A DNA stretch of 37,311 bases from Thermoplasmatota archaeon (GTDB taxonomy: Archaea > Thermoplasmatota > Thermoplasmata > SG8-5 > JACRNV01): the NCBI GenBank assembly GCA_040753455.1, contig JBFMEL010000002.1, positions 1 through 37,311 of the forward strand, given 5' to 3'. Position 1 is the first letter of the stretch. The number at the start of each line of letters is the position of its first letter. Of this stretch, positions 7,349 through 15,816 are shown in pieces. The notes beneath the pieces were generated by a model. The model saw nothing but the letters and a program-made list of their open reading frames with translations, did no database searches and was not told the origin of the DNA. Both the position numbers and the translations under genes were made by a program.

Positions 7349-9733
7349 TCATATGAAGTCCTCCAGGGTGGGGGCTTTCGTGGCTCTTTTCACCCCTCCT
7401 TCCTTCTTCTCTGCGGTGCCTTTCCGCTCCTTGAACCTTCCGCTGAAGAGTGCTGCCTGCTGTGTGCCGCTCATCAGGTCTTTCACGTCCCAGCCATAGA
7501 GGTCTGTCACCCTGGCCAGGGTCATCGCTGTCCTGCGCGCATAGTACTCATAGTCTGGGGTGTAGGTGAAGGGTCTGCCGCTCACGTAGGGCTCGACCTC
7601 TTGAGGGGTCTTGCGCCCGTCCACCACGATCCATGAGACCTTCATCCCGGGCACGAACTCGTAGCCCAGCTTCATCAACTTCTTCGCAGCCTGGACTGTC
7701 ACCTGTGATCCCGCGTCCTTATACGCCTTGAACTCCCGACAGGTGCGTGAGACGACCAGCTTTTCCAGTGCTACCTTGCCCTCTGCGCAGTCGCGCACCG
7801 CGCTCTTCGCAGCATCCACAGCGCCCTGCGGATCGTTGCTCAGTATCCTTTCGAATACGATGTCCAAGCTTTCACTCTGATAATCAAAGGCGTCCGTGCG
7901 CCTGGTCTCGTACCCCCTCACCACTACGGTCTCCTCTGGCCAGACCACGCGCCCCACGTACCTCTTCTTCACCCCGTGGGAGAACATGGGGTTGAGCAGG
8001 CGCTCGAATTCCAGCACGGCTCCTTCCTTAGAGTAGCGCTTGGAGAGCGCTTTTCCGAACTCCACGGAACCGTCCAGGGTCTCCGCTGGCGACTGCACGA
8101 AAACAGAATCCGTGTCCCCGTAGACGACCTTCAGACCTTCGCTCTCCAGCTGGGCGATGATCCCTGTGGTGTGCTCCCTGGCGAAGGTGGTGATGCTCTC
8201 CCCTATCTTCGGGTTCGTGAAGCGGTAGAACGCGGATGCGAAGACCCCATAGAAGGCGTTCATCAGCGTCTTTATGGCGTTCTGCAGCCCGTCATAGTAG
8301 CGGCGTTCTTCCTCGCTCCTCGCAGCGCGCATCTTTGCCTTCGTCTCGTCCCTCCATACCATCAGCTCCCTGAGTATCTTAGGGAGTATCCCTCCATGCA
8401 CATCGGGTGAGAGGAACCTGACACCGATCGGGCTCTCGATGCTCCCCTCCTTGTCGAGGGTCGTGAAGCAGATGTTCTTCGCGATGATGAGGTTCGGATA
8501 CATGCTCCTGAAATCCAGCACGATGACCCATGGGTATATGCCGGGTTCGATGCTGTGCACATATCCACCCTCGATCTGCTTCGTGCGCTTCTCGTGCCGC
8601 ATCATAGGCACGGCAACCCCCTGCCTGTCAGCCTCCCTGATCAGGATGGAGTCTATGAGCGTGGAGGTGCGGCCGTTGAGCACATCGTCCAGCGGCAGCT
8701 TTGACACCGTAGCAAGGTCCATGGCTTTCTCGAGCACCGCGATGCGCTCCAGTATCCTGAGGGAGAGCTCGGCGTCCTTGATGCAGTACTCGATCACCCT
8801 CTCCCTGCTGCGCGCCCATTCCTCGTCGATGTTCGATGGGTCGATCTCCCCCTTCCCCTCGCCCAGCACCTGCTTTGCCACAGCATCCAGCGTCTCCTGC
8901 TTTGGTCTCAGCTCCATCTTCGCGGACCACCAGGCATCGGCAAAGATGCGGCCGTGGGCGCGCCAGAACCGCTCCCCTGCTGATCTCACCTCCCCGCCGT
9001 CCCTTGCCAGTCTCAACCCCTTGATCTTGTGATGCTCTGCACGCTTCAGGAGGATCGGGATGTCATAGCCGTCTATGTTGTAGCCTGTGATTATGTCTGG
9101 ATCTTCCTTGCGCACCAGGGTCTCGAACCACTCGATGATCTCCTTCTCCTCCCCCTCCATATGATAGGTGCGCATCTCGCCGCTTGCATCCTTGACCACT
9201 ATCCCCAGGGTGAGGATATGCCCGTCCTTGATGCTGTTCTCGATATCGAAGCTCAGGATCTTGAGGGCGGGTTTGAACGCGTCAATGTTCTCAAAACCCT
9301 CTGCCTCCACTGTGATCTCCGTGGCATATGAACCATGTTCCACCTCCCTGCCCTTGACGCGCACGCAGCCGCCGAGGTCCATATCATAATAGAACCTCTG
9401 GGCAAAGGGTATGTCTGCCGCTAGGAACTCCCGCTCCCTGTACATCTCCCTGTAGCTAGGCACCTTCCAGGGACTGCGCAAGGTGACCTTCGTGCACCTC
9501 TTCATCTCCCTGTTCTTGGGGATATGCACCTCCCGGAGATCAAGGATCTCTGGATCGTTCCCCAGGCGCTTCAGGATCCCCTCGCCTGGCTCGACGATAT
9601 AGAAGTATGGTTTGAAGCCGTGGTAGAGGATGGTGATGCTCCTGCCTTCCCTTGTCCTGCCGAAAAGCTGCACCGTGACATCCTCGTCCTTCGTGTACGA
9701 GGCGCTCAGCACCCTGACGTCCCATGTGTCCAT
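7349..9733 (-). CDS. polB: Family B DNA polymerase
   Basis: All conserved motifs are present: Exo I LSFDIEN, Exo II GYNIDGYDIP, Exo III YCIKDAEL, Pol A DFRSMYPNLI, Pol B KTLMNAFYG and Pol C VYGDTDS. The 794-aa length suggests no intein. Confidence 0.95.
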   Translation of the reverse strand: MDTWDVRVLSASYTKDEDVTVQLFGRTREGRSITILYHGFKPYFYIVEPGEGILKRLGNDPEILDLREVHIPKNREMKRCTKVTLRSPWKVPSYREMYREREFLAADIPFAQRFYYDMDLGGCVRVKGREVEHGSYATEITVEAEGFENIDAFKPALKILSFDIENSIKDGHILTLGIVVKDASGEMRTYHMEGEEKEIIEWFETLVRKEDPDIITGYNIDGYDIPILLKRAEHHKIKGLRLARDGGEVRSAGERFWRAHGRIFADAWWSAKMELRPKQETLDAVAKQVLGEGKGEIDPSNIDEEWARSRERVIEYCIKDAELSLRILERIAVLEKAMDLATVSKLPLDDVLNGRTSTLIDSILIREADRQGVAVPMMRHEKRTKQIEGGYVHSIEPGIYPWVIVLDFRSMYPNLIIAKNICFTTLDKEGSIESPIGVRFLSPDVHGGILPKILRELMVWRDETKAKMRAARSEEERRYYDGLQNAIKTLMNAFYGVFASAFYRFTNPKIGESITTFAREHTTGIIAQLESEGLKVVYGDTDSVFVQSPAETLDGSVEFGKALSKRYSKEGAVLEFERLLNPMFSHGVKKRYVGRVVWPEETVVVRGYETRRTDAFDYQSESLDIVFERILSNDPQGAVDAAKSAVRDCAEGKVALEKLVVSRTCREFKAYKDAGSQVTVQAAKKLMKLGYEFVPGMKVSWIVVDGRKTPQEVEPYVSGRPFTYTPDYEYYARRTAMTLARVTDLYGWDVKDLMSGTQQAALFSGRFKERKGTAEKKEGGVKRATKAPTLEDFI

Positions 9734-10100
9734 CGCCAGCCCCTATGGGGTTCAAGCATCTAAAGCCTTACTGCCGTGCGTGGAGGGTGGTGTATGCACC
9801 TTCCACGGTGTCTCACCACCCGCCCGAGCGAGCGGTCCAGAAGTGGTGGGGGGTGTGGTATAGCGAGCGAAAGGTTGCGACACCCACCAGCGATGTTGGC
9901 TTGACACATCCCGAGCTTTGCATCGTAGCGAATGCCCAGATATTGGGAACGGGACCACAGGAGCAGTCTGAGGTCCAACGCAAGGACGGGGTCTTAGATT
10001 TTATATAGGAGCAGCTCTATAGCGTAGCCTATGAAATGGGCGATTCGGAACAGTCACTTAGGGATGAGCGTTTGAAAGCAAAGGCTGGAGGCATGAATGT

Positions 10101-10667
10101 ATGCCAGTCGCTATAAACGAAATAAAAGCACAATTATCTAGATTAGGGGATTTGAGTTGGGAACAAAATAATTTTAAAAAAGAGTTCGCTTATTTACCTG
10201 AAGTTATACAACAAGGGGAAATAATCCAAGCCATTGCAAGCGGTGCCTGGAATGGCAAATTAAGTATTATTGTTGTCACTCAGAGACGGGTATTGTTCAT
10301 TTATAAAGGCATATTGTACGGATTAGAACAATCTGAATGCCCCATGCGAGAAATTAGTAAAATACATCATAAAATAGGTCTTATAGCTGGTGAGATTCAA
10401 ATATCTACATCTGGTGGAAATTTATTATTTACTAATATTCCTAAACATAAAGTACCTGGCTTAGTAAGGACCCTTGAGCAACTTATACATGATTCGGAGA
10501 AGACGAATATAGTGGCAACACCATCATTTCAATCCTCTACAGCCCCAACGACAGTTCGAGAAAAAGAAACGATAATTAAAGAAATAGTCTATATTAGGTG
10601 TAGCCACTGTGGAAGTTTATCTAATCAAACTGATAAGAAATGTTCTAATTGTGGTGCATCACTATAA
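10101..10667 (+). CDS. Bacterial-type PH (YokE-like) domain protein with C-terminal zinc ribbon
   Basis: The core GEIIQAIASGAWNGKLSIIVVTQRRVLFIYKG...EISKIHHKIGLIAGEIQIS resembles bPH/YokE-like PH domains. The C-terminus CSHCGS...CSNCG forms a Cx2C-x12-Cx2C ribbon. GGAGG lies 8 nt upstream of the ATG. The gene sits in an AT-rich island. Confidence 0.55.
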   Translation: MPVAINEIKAQLSRLGDLSWEQNNFKKEFAYLPEVIQQGEIIQAIASGAWNGKLSIIVVTQRRVLFIYKGILYGLEQSECPMREISKIHHKIGLIAGEIQISTSGGNLLFTNIPKHKVPGLVRTLEQLIHDSEKTNIVATPSFQSSTAPTTVREKETIIKEIVYIRCSHCGSLSNQTDKKCSNCGASL

Positions 10668-10797
10668 TCGCCAGGTTTGAATTACCCCTCTTTGTGATTG
10701 TTGCAAGGAATTCGAAAAATGACTGCCTATAGATCGCGCATGTCAAAAATCTTGATAGGAATGAGTTATTCAAAGTCCTCTTAACTGGAGAAAGGTT

Positions 10798-11319
10798 ATG
10801 GCTCATAAAATTACAGTGAAAAAAACTAACAAAGAGGAAACACTACCTGAAATCTCACTGGCTGAACTCAATAGGCACCTGGATGTGCCTGTTGCGCCTG
10901 AGAAACCAGATTCAAAAAAGGAGATTATTATTCTCTTCGTCTTAATACTGGTTATCGTCGGTTTGATTGCTATACCTTTATTGATTAACCTATCTGATAA
11001 CACTGATGGCGAGGGAGGAATCCAACAACCCCAACCTCAGCCGAGTAATGTCCGCTATATTGAAATTGAGGTAAATTACACTGGGCATTGGTCAGGTTCT
11101 ATTCTGGTGGGAACAGATTATTCAAGTTTTGATAGTTATGGATATCAACGAGCAGGATTAAATCTCACAAAAGGCACTGTTTGTTCTTTCTCAGCTCAAA
11201 AAATGGAGGGAGGATATGACAAATTAGAGTTACGAATTTACTCTGATGGTAAACAAATAAAATATGCTTTTACTAATTCAGAATATGGTATAGCAAGTGT
11301 TGCGTGGATAGTAGAATAA
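10798..11319 (+). CDS. Hypothetical single-pass membrane protein
   Basis: A 173-aa ORF with one TM helix (IIILFVLILVIVGLIAIPLLI) followed by a beta-rich ectodomain. I recognise no family. It lies in the AT-rich island. Confidence 0.5.
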   Translation: MAHKITVKKTNKEETLPEISLAELNRHLDVPVAPEKPDSKKEIIILFVLILVIVGLIAIPLLINLSDNTDGEGGIQQPQPQPSNVRYIEIEVNYTGHWSGSILVGTDYSSFDSYGYQRAGLNLTKGTVCSFSAQKMEGGYDKLELRIYSDGKQIKYAFTNSEYGIASVAWIVE

Positions 11320-11485
11320 TATTGTAGCCTTCTGAGCTTGTAGAGAACGACCAGCGTAGGGACGCAAAGTTAGAGGGGGATGAGAGCAAGAGCAATCTCC
11401 TGTCAAAAAGGCACATCTCCGATACTCCATAGGGGGCGCATTTTTAAATTCACACAGTGATGTGGTTAGCGCATAGGGTATTGCG

Positions 11486-12364
11486 ATGGCTGCGATGCAC
11501 GATGCAGTAGAGAGGCACGGGCAGTTCGCCGTGGCTGTGGCTATAGTCTCAGTTTCCACCTCATCCATACTGATCCGCTGGTCTGCTTCCGGACCCCTGA
11601 CCATCGCCTTCTACAGGCTGCTGTTCACTACATGTCTCCTGCTACCCTGGGTCGCTGCTCATAACATGGGGGAGATTCGCGCCATCGACCGCGGCACCCT
11701 TGCAAGGCTGGCAGGAGTGGGCTTGGTCCTCGCAGCGCACTTCTCGCTCTGGGTGACCTCTCTGGGATACACGAGCGTGGCGAACAGTGTAGTGCTTGTC
11801 ACGATCCATCCCCTCTTTGTGGCAGCGATATCAAGGATCCTCCTGAGGGAGCACACGGGCAGATGGGCGTTGGCTGGTGGTATGCTGGCATCGGCAGGTG
11901 TGGTGGTCATGTTTATAGGGGGCTTCAGCCTGGGAACATGGCTCGGAGACCTCCTCGCCTTGGGAGGAGCGGTCGCCGCGGGAACATACATCGTTGCAGG
12001 GAGGTCAGAGCGTAGGAGGATGTCCACTGGTGCATACTGCTTAGGGGTGTATGGGTTCACCACTCTGTTCCTCGCACCCATGGCATACCTTGAGTCAGGG
12101 CTGGTGCCAGAGACTCCCGGGGACTGGTATCTATTCCTGGCAATGGCGGCAGTGCCTGGGATCATGGGACACACAATGTACAATTATGCCCTGGGAAGGG
12201 TGAGCGCGTTCTTCGTATCCACATCCCTCTTGGGTGAGCCTATCATCTCCTCGGTATTGGCTTGGCTGCTGCTCAGCGAGGTGCCCGGCCCCCTGACGTT
12301 CTTGGGCGCGCCCTTAGTGATGATGGGGATCATCCTATCGGCATGCAGAGCAGATCGGGATTGA
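11486..12364 (+). CDS. EamA/DMT-superfamily transporter
   Basis: A 292-aa protein with about 10 hydrophobic helices and a two-fold internal repeat typical of EamA domains. Confidence 0.75.
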   Translation: MAAMHDAVERHGQFAVAVAIVSVSTSSILIRWSASGPLTIAFYRLLFTTCLLLPWVAAHNMGEIRAIDRGTLARLAGVGLVLAAHFSLWVTSLGYTSVANSVVLVTIHPLFVAAISRILLREHTGRWALAGGMLASAGVVVMFIGGFSLGTWLGDLLALGGAVAAGTYIVAGRSERRRMSTGAYCLGVYGFTTLFLAPMAYLESGLVPETPGDWYLFLAMAAVPGIMGHTMYNYALGRVSAFFVSTSLLGEPIISSVLAWLLLSEVPGPLTFLGAPLVMMGIILSACRADRD

Positions 12365-12665
12365 TACTGGCATGTGGGCATTGAGCTATGCATACGATAG
12401 ATTCCGCGACAAAATATTCCCTTTCCCTGGATAAATAGCCCGAACGTCGTGCCAGTTTTTGCGCAGCATCATGGAAAGGACTCAATGAAATCTCCTTAGA
12501 AATGCGTCCTTCAGCGCATCGTAGGTGGCGTTGGTCCTTAAGCCCGTGGGGGAGAGATACGTGCGCTGGGCGGGGGAGTTCCTTACCCCCATTCTCGAGA
12601 GCCTCGGCGGATACTCAGACTTTTATATTAGTGCTCTATTATCCTGCCTTCCTCAGTGAGGGACG

Positions 12666-13697
12666 ATGATAAGATACGGACCTGCTGGTATACCGCTCTC
12701 GTGCAAGGGAAGGACGCTCCGTGATGGCATCGAGGACGCCCACATCCTTGGACTGAACGCGCTGGAGGTTCAGTTAGTGAGGACGAATGTGATCGAGCGC
12801 GTGGCATCGGACGAGGAGGCGGGCTTGAGCCCCAGGGAGATACGCGATGAGCTGATCATAGAGTTTGTGAGGAAGCCCGGTACGAAGGGCGAGGAGCGTT
12901 TGTACACGGAGGACGAGATAAAAGGAGGGGACGTGCTGCGGGTCATGTCTCCAGGGATTGCCAAGGACTGGGAGCATCTGAAACAGTTGGGGGTACTGGC
13001 GAGGGACCTCGATGTGCAGGTATCGCTTCACTGCCCATACTACATCGATTTCACGAGCGAGGATGACATCACCCGCAGAAGCATCGAGAGCATCAAGTGG
13101 GGCGGGCTGTTGACCAAAGGGATGGGTGGTACGATCACCGTCACCCATCTTGGGCTTTATGGGGATCTGTCTAAGAGGTCTGCACTCAACAGGTGTGAGA
13201 AGCATCTCCGGGAGATTGCCGCGTGGTACAAGGAGCAGAATATCAGGACTCAGGTGGGGATAGAGACGAGCGGGCGTCAGGAGGTCGCAGGGAGCCCGGA
13301 GGAGATCATCAGCCTGGCGAGGAAAGTGCCTGGGTGCATCCCTGTGCTGAACTTTGCCCACATCCATTCAAGGGGGAACGGCTCGCTCAAGACAAAAGAA
13401 GACTTTCAGAAGGTCTTCGACGCGGTCGCTCCGCTGGTGAGAAGACATTACCACACTCATTTTTCAGGTGTGGAGCATGAGGGCGGGAACGAGATCCGCT
13501 ATACCCCCATAAAGAAGGGGGACCTGCGGTTCGAGCCGCTCTCGGAGTGCATCCTCGACAACGACTTCGAGATCACGATCATCTCCGATTCCCCGCTGTT
13601 AGAGCATGATGCCATGTACATGAAGGTGATACTGGAGCGCGTGCTGACGCGGCGCGAGGCGAAATACAGGCGCGAGATGGAGAGGAAGAAGAAATGA
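12666..13697 (+). CDS. Xylose-isomerase-like TIM-barrel protein (AP endonuclease 2/endonuclease IV-related fold)
   Basis: The N-terminus IRYGPAGIPLSCKG...GLNALEVQLVR and later motifs (SLHCPYYIDF, VTHLG, GIETSG, NFAHIHSRG) resemble the metal-binding strands of AP_endonuc_2 TIM barrels. It overlaps the next gene by ATGA. Confidence 0.55.
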   Translation: MIRYGPAGIPLSCKGRTLRDGIEDAHILGLNALEVQLVRTNVIERVASDEEAGLSPREIRDELIIEFVRKPGTKGEERLYTEDEIKGGDVLRVMSPGIAKDWEHLKQLGVLARDLDVQVSLHCPYYIDFTSEDDITRRSIESIKWGGLLTKGMGGTITVTHLGLYGDLSKRSALNRCEKHLREIAAWYKEQNIRTQVGIETSGRQEVAGSPEEIISLARKVPGCIPVLNFAHIHSRGNGSLKTKEDFQKVFDAVAPLVRRHYHTHFSGVEHEGGNEIRYTPIKKGDLRFEPLSECILDNDFEITIISDSPLLEHDAMYMKVILERVLTRREAKYRREMERKKK

Positions 13698-14233
13698 AAG
13701 AGACGCTGAGGTATCTCATAGACTCCCTGGGCAGTGCTGTGGACCAGGTGGATGTGGAGATGGCAGAAGCGCTCGTGAGCCGCCTGCTGGACGCGAAGCG
13801 CGTTTTCGTGTACGGTGTGGGGCGCTCGGGTTTGGTCGCCAAGATGCTCGCCGTGCGCCTGGTGCAGCTCGGGATGGACGTGCACTTCGTGGGGGATTCC
13901 ACGACCCCTATCGTCACTGCCGATGATCTGGTGCTCGTGGTCTCGAGTACGGGGGGCACGATGTCCGCCGTCCAGACCGCGAACATCGCCGGAAGGGTTG
14001 GTGCGTGCGTGGTCGGCATAACCTCGAACAGGAATTCCAAGCTGGCGCACGCAGCCGATCTTCTCATCACTATAAAGATCGAGGAGAGCGCAGAGAGACC
14101 GATCCATGCTCCGCTGGGCACCCTCTTTGAGATTGCGAGTTTGACATTCCTGGATTCACTCGTCCCCCTTTTAATGTCCCGCCTGGGGCAGGACGAGAGC
14201 GCTATGAAGTCAAGGCATGCGATCTGGGTCTGA
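13694..14233 (+). CDS. hxlB: 6-phospho-3-hexuloisomerase (SIS domain)
   Basis: SIS motifs are present: VFVYGVGRSGLVAKMLAVRLVQLGMDVHFVGDSTTP and DLVLVVSSTGGT. The size (179 aa) is typical of PHI. Confidence 0.75.
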   Translation: MKETLRYLIDSLGSAVDQVDVEMAEALVSRLLDAKRVFVYGVGRSGLVAKMLAVRLVQLGMDVHFVGDSTTPIVTADDLVLVVSSTGGTMSAVQTANIAGRVGACVVGITSNRNSKLAHAADLLITIKIEESAERPIHAPLGTLFEIASLTFLDSLVPLLMSRLGQDESAMKSRHAIWV

Positions 14234-14825
14234 GGTCCCGTATCTTCTCCATAGGGCCATAGGGGTCCTCGTACTCTTCCCAGAAGACCGCGAATTTCAC
14301 TGGGATGTAACCTTGCCCATCCAGCTTGAACGCTGCGATCTCCATGGCGATCGGGTCTATCACGATGGCTGAGTGATACGGTTCCGGGAAAAGGGTTCTC
14401 TGGGTCTGGATATCGGTAGGGGAGAGGAAGCAGCCGTGTCCGGGGTGCGAGTGGTACCAGCCCACGATCAGGTAGTCCCACCTCAGGTCGTCCAATCTAA
14501 CAGCCAGGTCATCCAAGCGCTTTCTATCGAACCTCACGCTGACGCTGCTCGCCTCCAATCCGGAGGAGACCACGTCGTTCACAATTGAATATAAATATCC
14601 ATCAGGAGCTTGGAATGCATCGCCCACCATCAGCCCCATCACTTCCAGCTGCTCATCCCTGTAGGCGATGGCATGGTTCCTGATCTTCTCCTCCGCGCGC
14701 TTGGACAGGAAGACCTCTGGTCCCTCGTTATGTGGATGGCGCTTCCGCCACATGTGCTCCGCGCAGAGCCTCGGGGGTTCAGCTTTGGCGATCCCCCTTT
14801 TGGACTCACCTATCACCTTAGGCAT
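14202..14825 (-). CDS. JAMM/MPN+ metalloisopeptidase (Rpn11/HvJAMM-like deubiquitinase/Ubl-processing protease)
   Basis: The JAMM motif is complete: the conserved Glu in QLEVMGLMVG, then GWYHSHPGHGCFLSPTD (HxH-x7-S-x2-D). The start overlaps the end of the E2 gene by 8 nt. Confidence 0.85.
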   Translation of the reverse strand: MPKVIGESKRGIAKAEPPRLCAEHMWRKRHPHNEGPEVFLSKRAEEKIRNHAIAYRDEQLEVMGLMVGDAFQAPDGYLYSIVNDVVSSGLEASSVSVRFDRKRLDDLAVRLDDLRWDYLIVGWYHSHPGHGCFLSPTDIQTQRTLFPEPYHSAIVIDPIAMEIAAFKLDGQGYIPVKFAVFWEEYEDPYGPMEKIRDLRPRSHALTS

Positions 14826-15348
14826 CCTGCCCCCCTTGCACGATTCTGGGCTTGGCAGCGCTCTCCACGATCACAGGTGGGGCATAGCTGTGCATCCTGA
14901 AGTACTCCGCAGCCAGCATACAGCTCTCGCTGCCGTACGGATTGCCGGGGTTCGGGTTCATCAGCAGGGTTTCGATCCCCTTTATAAAAGTGACGAGCGT
15001 GGAGTGGAACGCCCAGTCATCGAGCAGTTTGGTGCACACATATCCCCCATCCCTGGGGATCATGATGTTCGGATGAAAGATCGGGCTCTGCCAGCGCACG
15101 ATCGGTTTTTCATACGGGTAGTGCTCGGTCACGATGATCTTCAGTTTGTGGGTGTAGGCGTGCGTGACGCTCCCTGCCCGCAACACAGGTCCAGGGGACT
15201 TGAGGAGGGTCACATCGATCTCCACGGGGAATCTCGAGAAGCTGGAATCCGAGACAGAGATCTCATGGCGGAGTTGCGCCTTGCACATATTCACCTCGTT
15301 GCGCACGCGCGCGCTGAGGATGTCTCTGGGCAGTCCCAACCCGAGCAC
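14818..15348 (-). CDS. UBC-fold ubiquitin-conjugating enzyme (E2), eukaryote-like
   Basis: HYPYEKPIVRWQSPIFHPNIMIPRDGGYVCTKLLDDW parallels the canonical E2 signature YPFKPPKV.F.T.IYHPNI...G.ICLDIL...W, including the HPN triad and catalytic Cys. GAGGAGG lies just upstream. The start is GTG 15348 or possibly TTG 15339. Confidence 0.8.
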   Translation of the reverse strand: MLGLGLPRDILSARVRNEVNMCKAQLRHEISVSDSSFSRFPVEIDVTLLKSPGPVLRAGSVTHAYTHKLKIIVTEHYPYEKPIVRWQSPIFHPNIMIPRDGGYVCTKLLDDWAFHSTLVTFIKGIETLLMNPNPGNPYGSESCMLAAEYFRMHSYAPPVIVESAAKPRIVQGGQDA

Positions 15349-15371
15349 GCCTCCTCAAACTATGCGGGGGG

Positions 15372-15614
15372 CTATATCCCTCCCTCAGGGTCGGGGATGA
15401 GCTCGAGCACGTCTCCATCTCTCACGCCCGCCATCTCAGCCCCAGCCTGCCCGCGCAGTATCCCCTTTCCCCGCCTCAGCACGTATGCGCCAGCGCTCTT
15501 GTTCCAGTAAGTGGCTGCACTCTCTATGAGCTCGTCCACCATGTTCGTGGGCTCTATCTCCATGTCTATGGTGTCTCCGGTCTCCGCGTTTCTAATCTTG
15601 ACCCTCATTGGCAT
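15372..15614 (-). CDS. Ubiquitin-like beta-grasp modifier precursor (C-terminus ...PEGG-I)
   Basis: The 80-aa protein MRVKIRNAETGDTIDMEIEPTNMVDELIE...VRDGDVLELIPDPEGGI has ubiquitin-like length and pattern (compare ubiquitin ITLEVEPSDTIENVK...LRLRGG). A diglycine is followed by one extra residue. It is the first gene of the Ubl-E2-JAMM operon. Confidence 0.7.
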   Translation of the reverse strand: MPMRVKIRNAETGDTIDMEIEPTNMVDELIESAATYWNKSAGAYVLRRGKGILRGQAGAEMAGVRDGDVLELIPDPEGGI

Positions 15615-15640
15615 GTCATCGCCTCGATGGATGATGGCAC

Positions 15641-15653
15641 TATATCACATAAA
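15641..15653 (-). promoter_or_regulatory. TATA-like box for the Ubl-E2-JAMM operon
   Basis: The minus strand reads TTTATGTGATATA 27-39 nt upstream of ATG 15614. Confidence 0.4.
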
Positions 15654-15816
15654 CCTTGCGCGCCTCTGCTCCTGTTCACGAGGTAGGGTGATAGTACACT
15701 TCTAGCCAGCGTATCGCATTCTTTTTATAGTGCGAAACTTTGGATTAGTAAAGAAATTGCTGGCTCGGCAATTGGATTGATTTAGATTTTTCTTCGGGGT
15801 AATATGTGGGTTTGCC

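Noticed and set aside
9734-10100. About 370-nt unassigned region upstream of polB with an imperfect hairpin (TGGTGGGGGGTGT...ACACCCACCA around 9840-9890); considered as a tRNA, C/D sRNA, SRP RNA or RNase P RNA, or an island attachment site
   Set aside because: I could find no tRNA T-loop (GTTCRAATC), no C box (RUGAUGA) paired with a D box, and no RNase P CR-I-like motif. The short matches to the right island border (AGCGTAG) are too short to call att repeats. A covariance-model scan (Infernal/Rfam, tRNAscan-SE) would be needed.
12482-12592. 36-aa minus-strand ORF (MGVRNSPAQRTYLSPTGLRTNATYDALKDAFLRRFH) in the 300-nt gap between the EamA and TIM-barrel genes
   Set aside because: It has no promoter or SD context and no recognisable motif, and it is too short to support without conservation data.
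14202-14233. 32-nt convergent 3' overlap of the PHI gene and the JAMM gene, considered as antisense regulation
   Set aside because: Short convergent 3' overlaps are common in compact archaeal genomes, and nothing in the sequence points to a specific regulatory structure.
13579-14481. 300-aa minus-strand ORF overlapping the PHI gene and the JAMM gene
   Set aside because: It is out of frame with or antisense to two well-supported genes. Its Arg/Pro/Ser-rich composition is typical of shadow frames.
14668-15510. 280-aa plus-strand ORF spanning the JAMM/E2/Ubl region
   Set aside because: It is antisense to three genes with strong catalytic motifs. Its translation is low-complexity (Arg/His/Gly-rich) with no motif.
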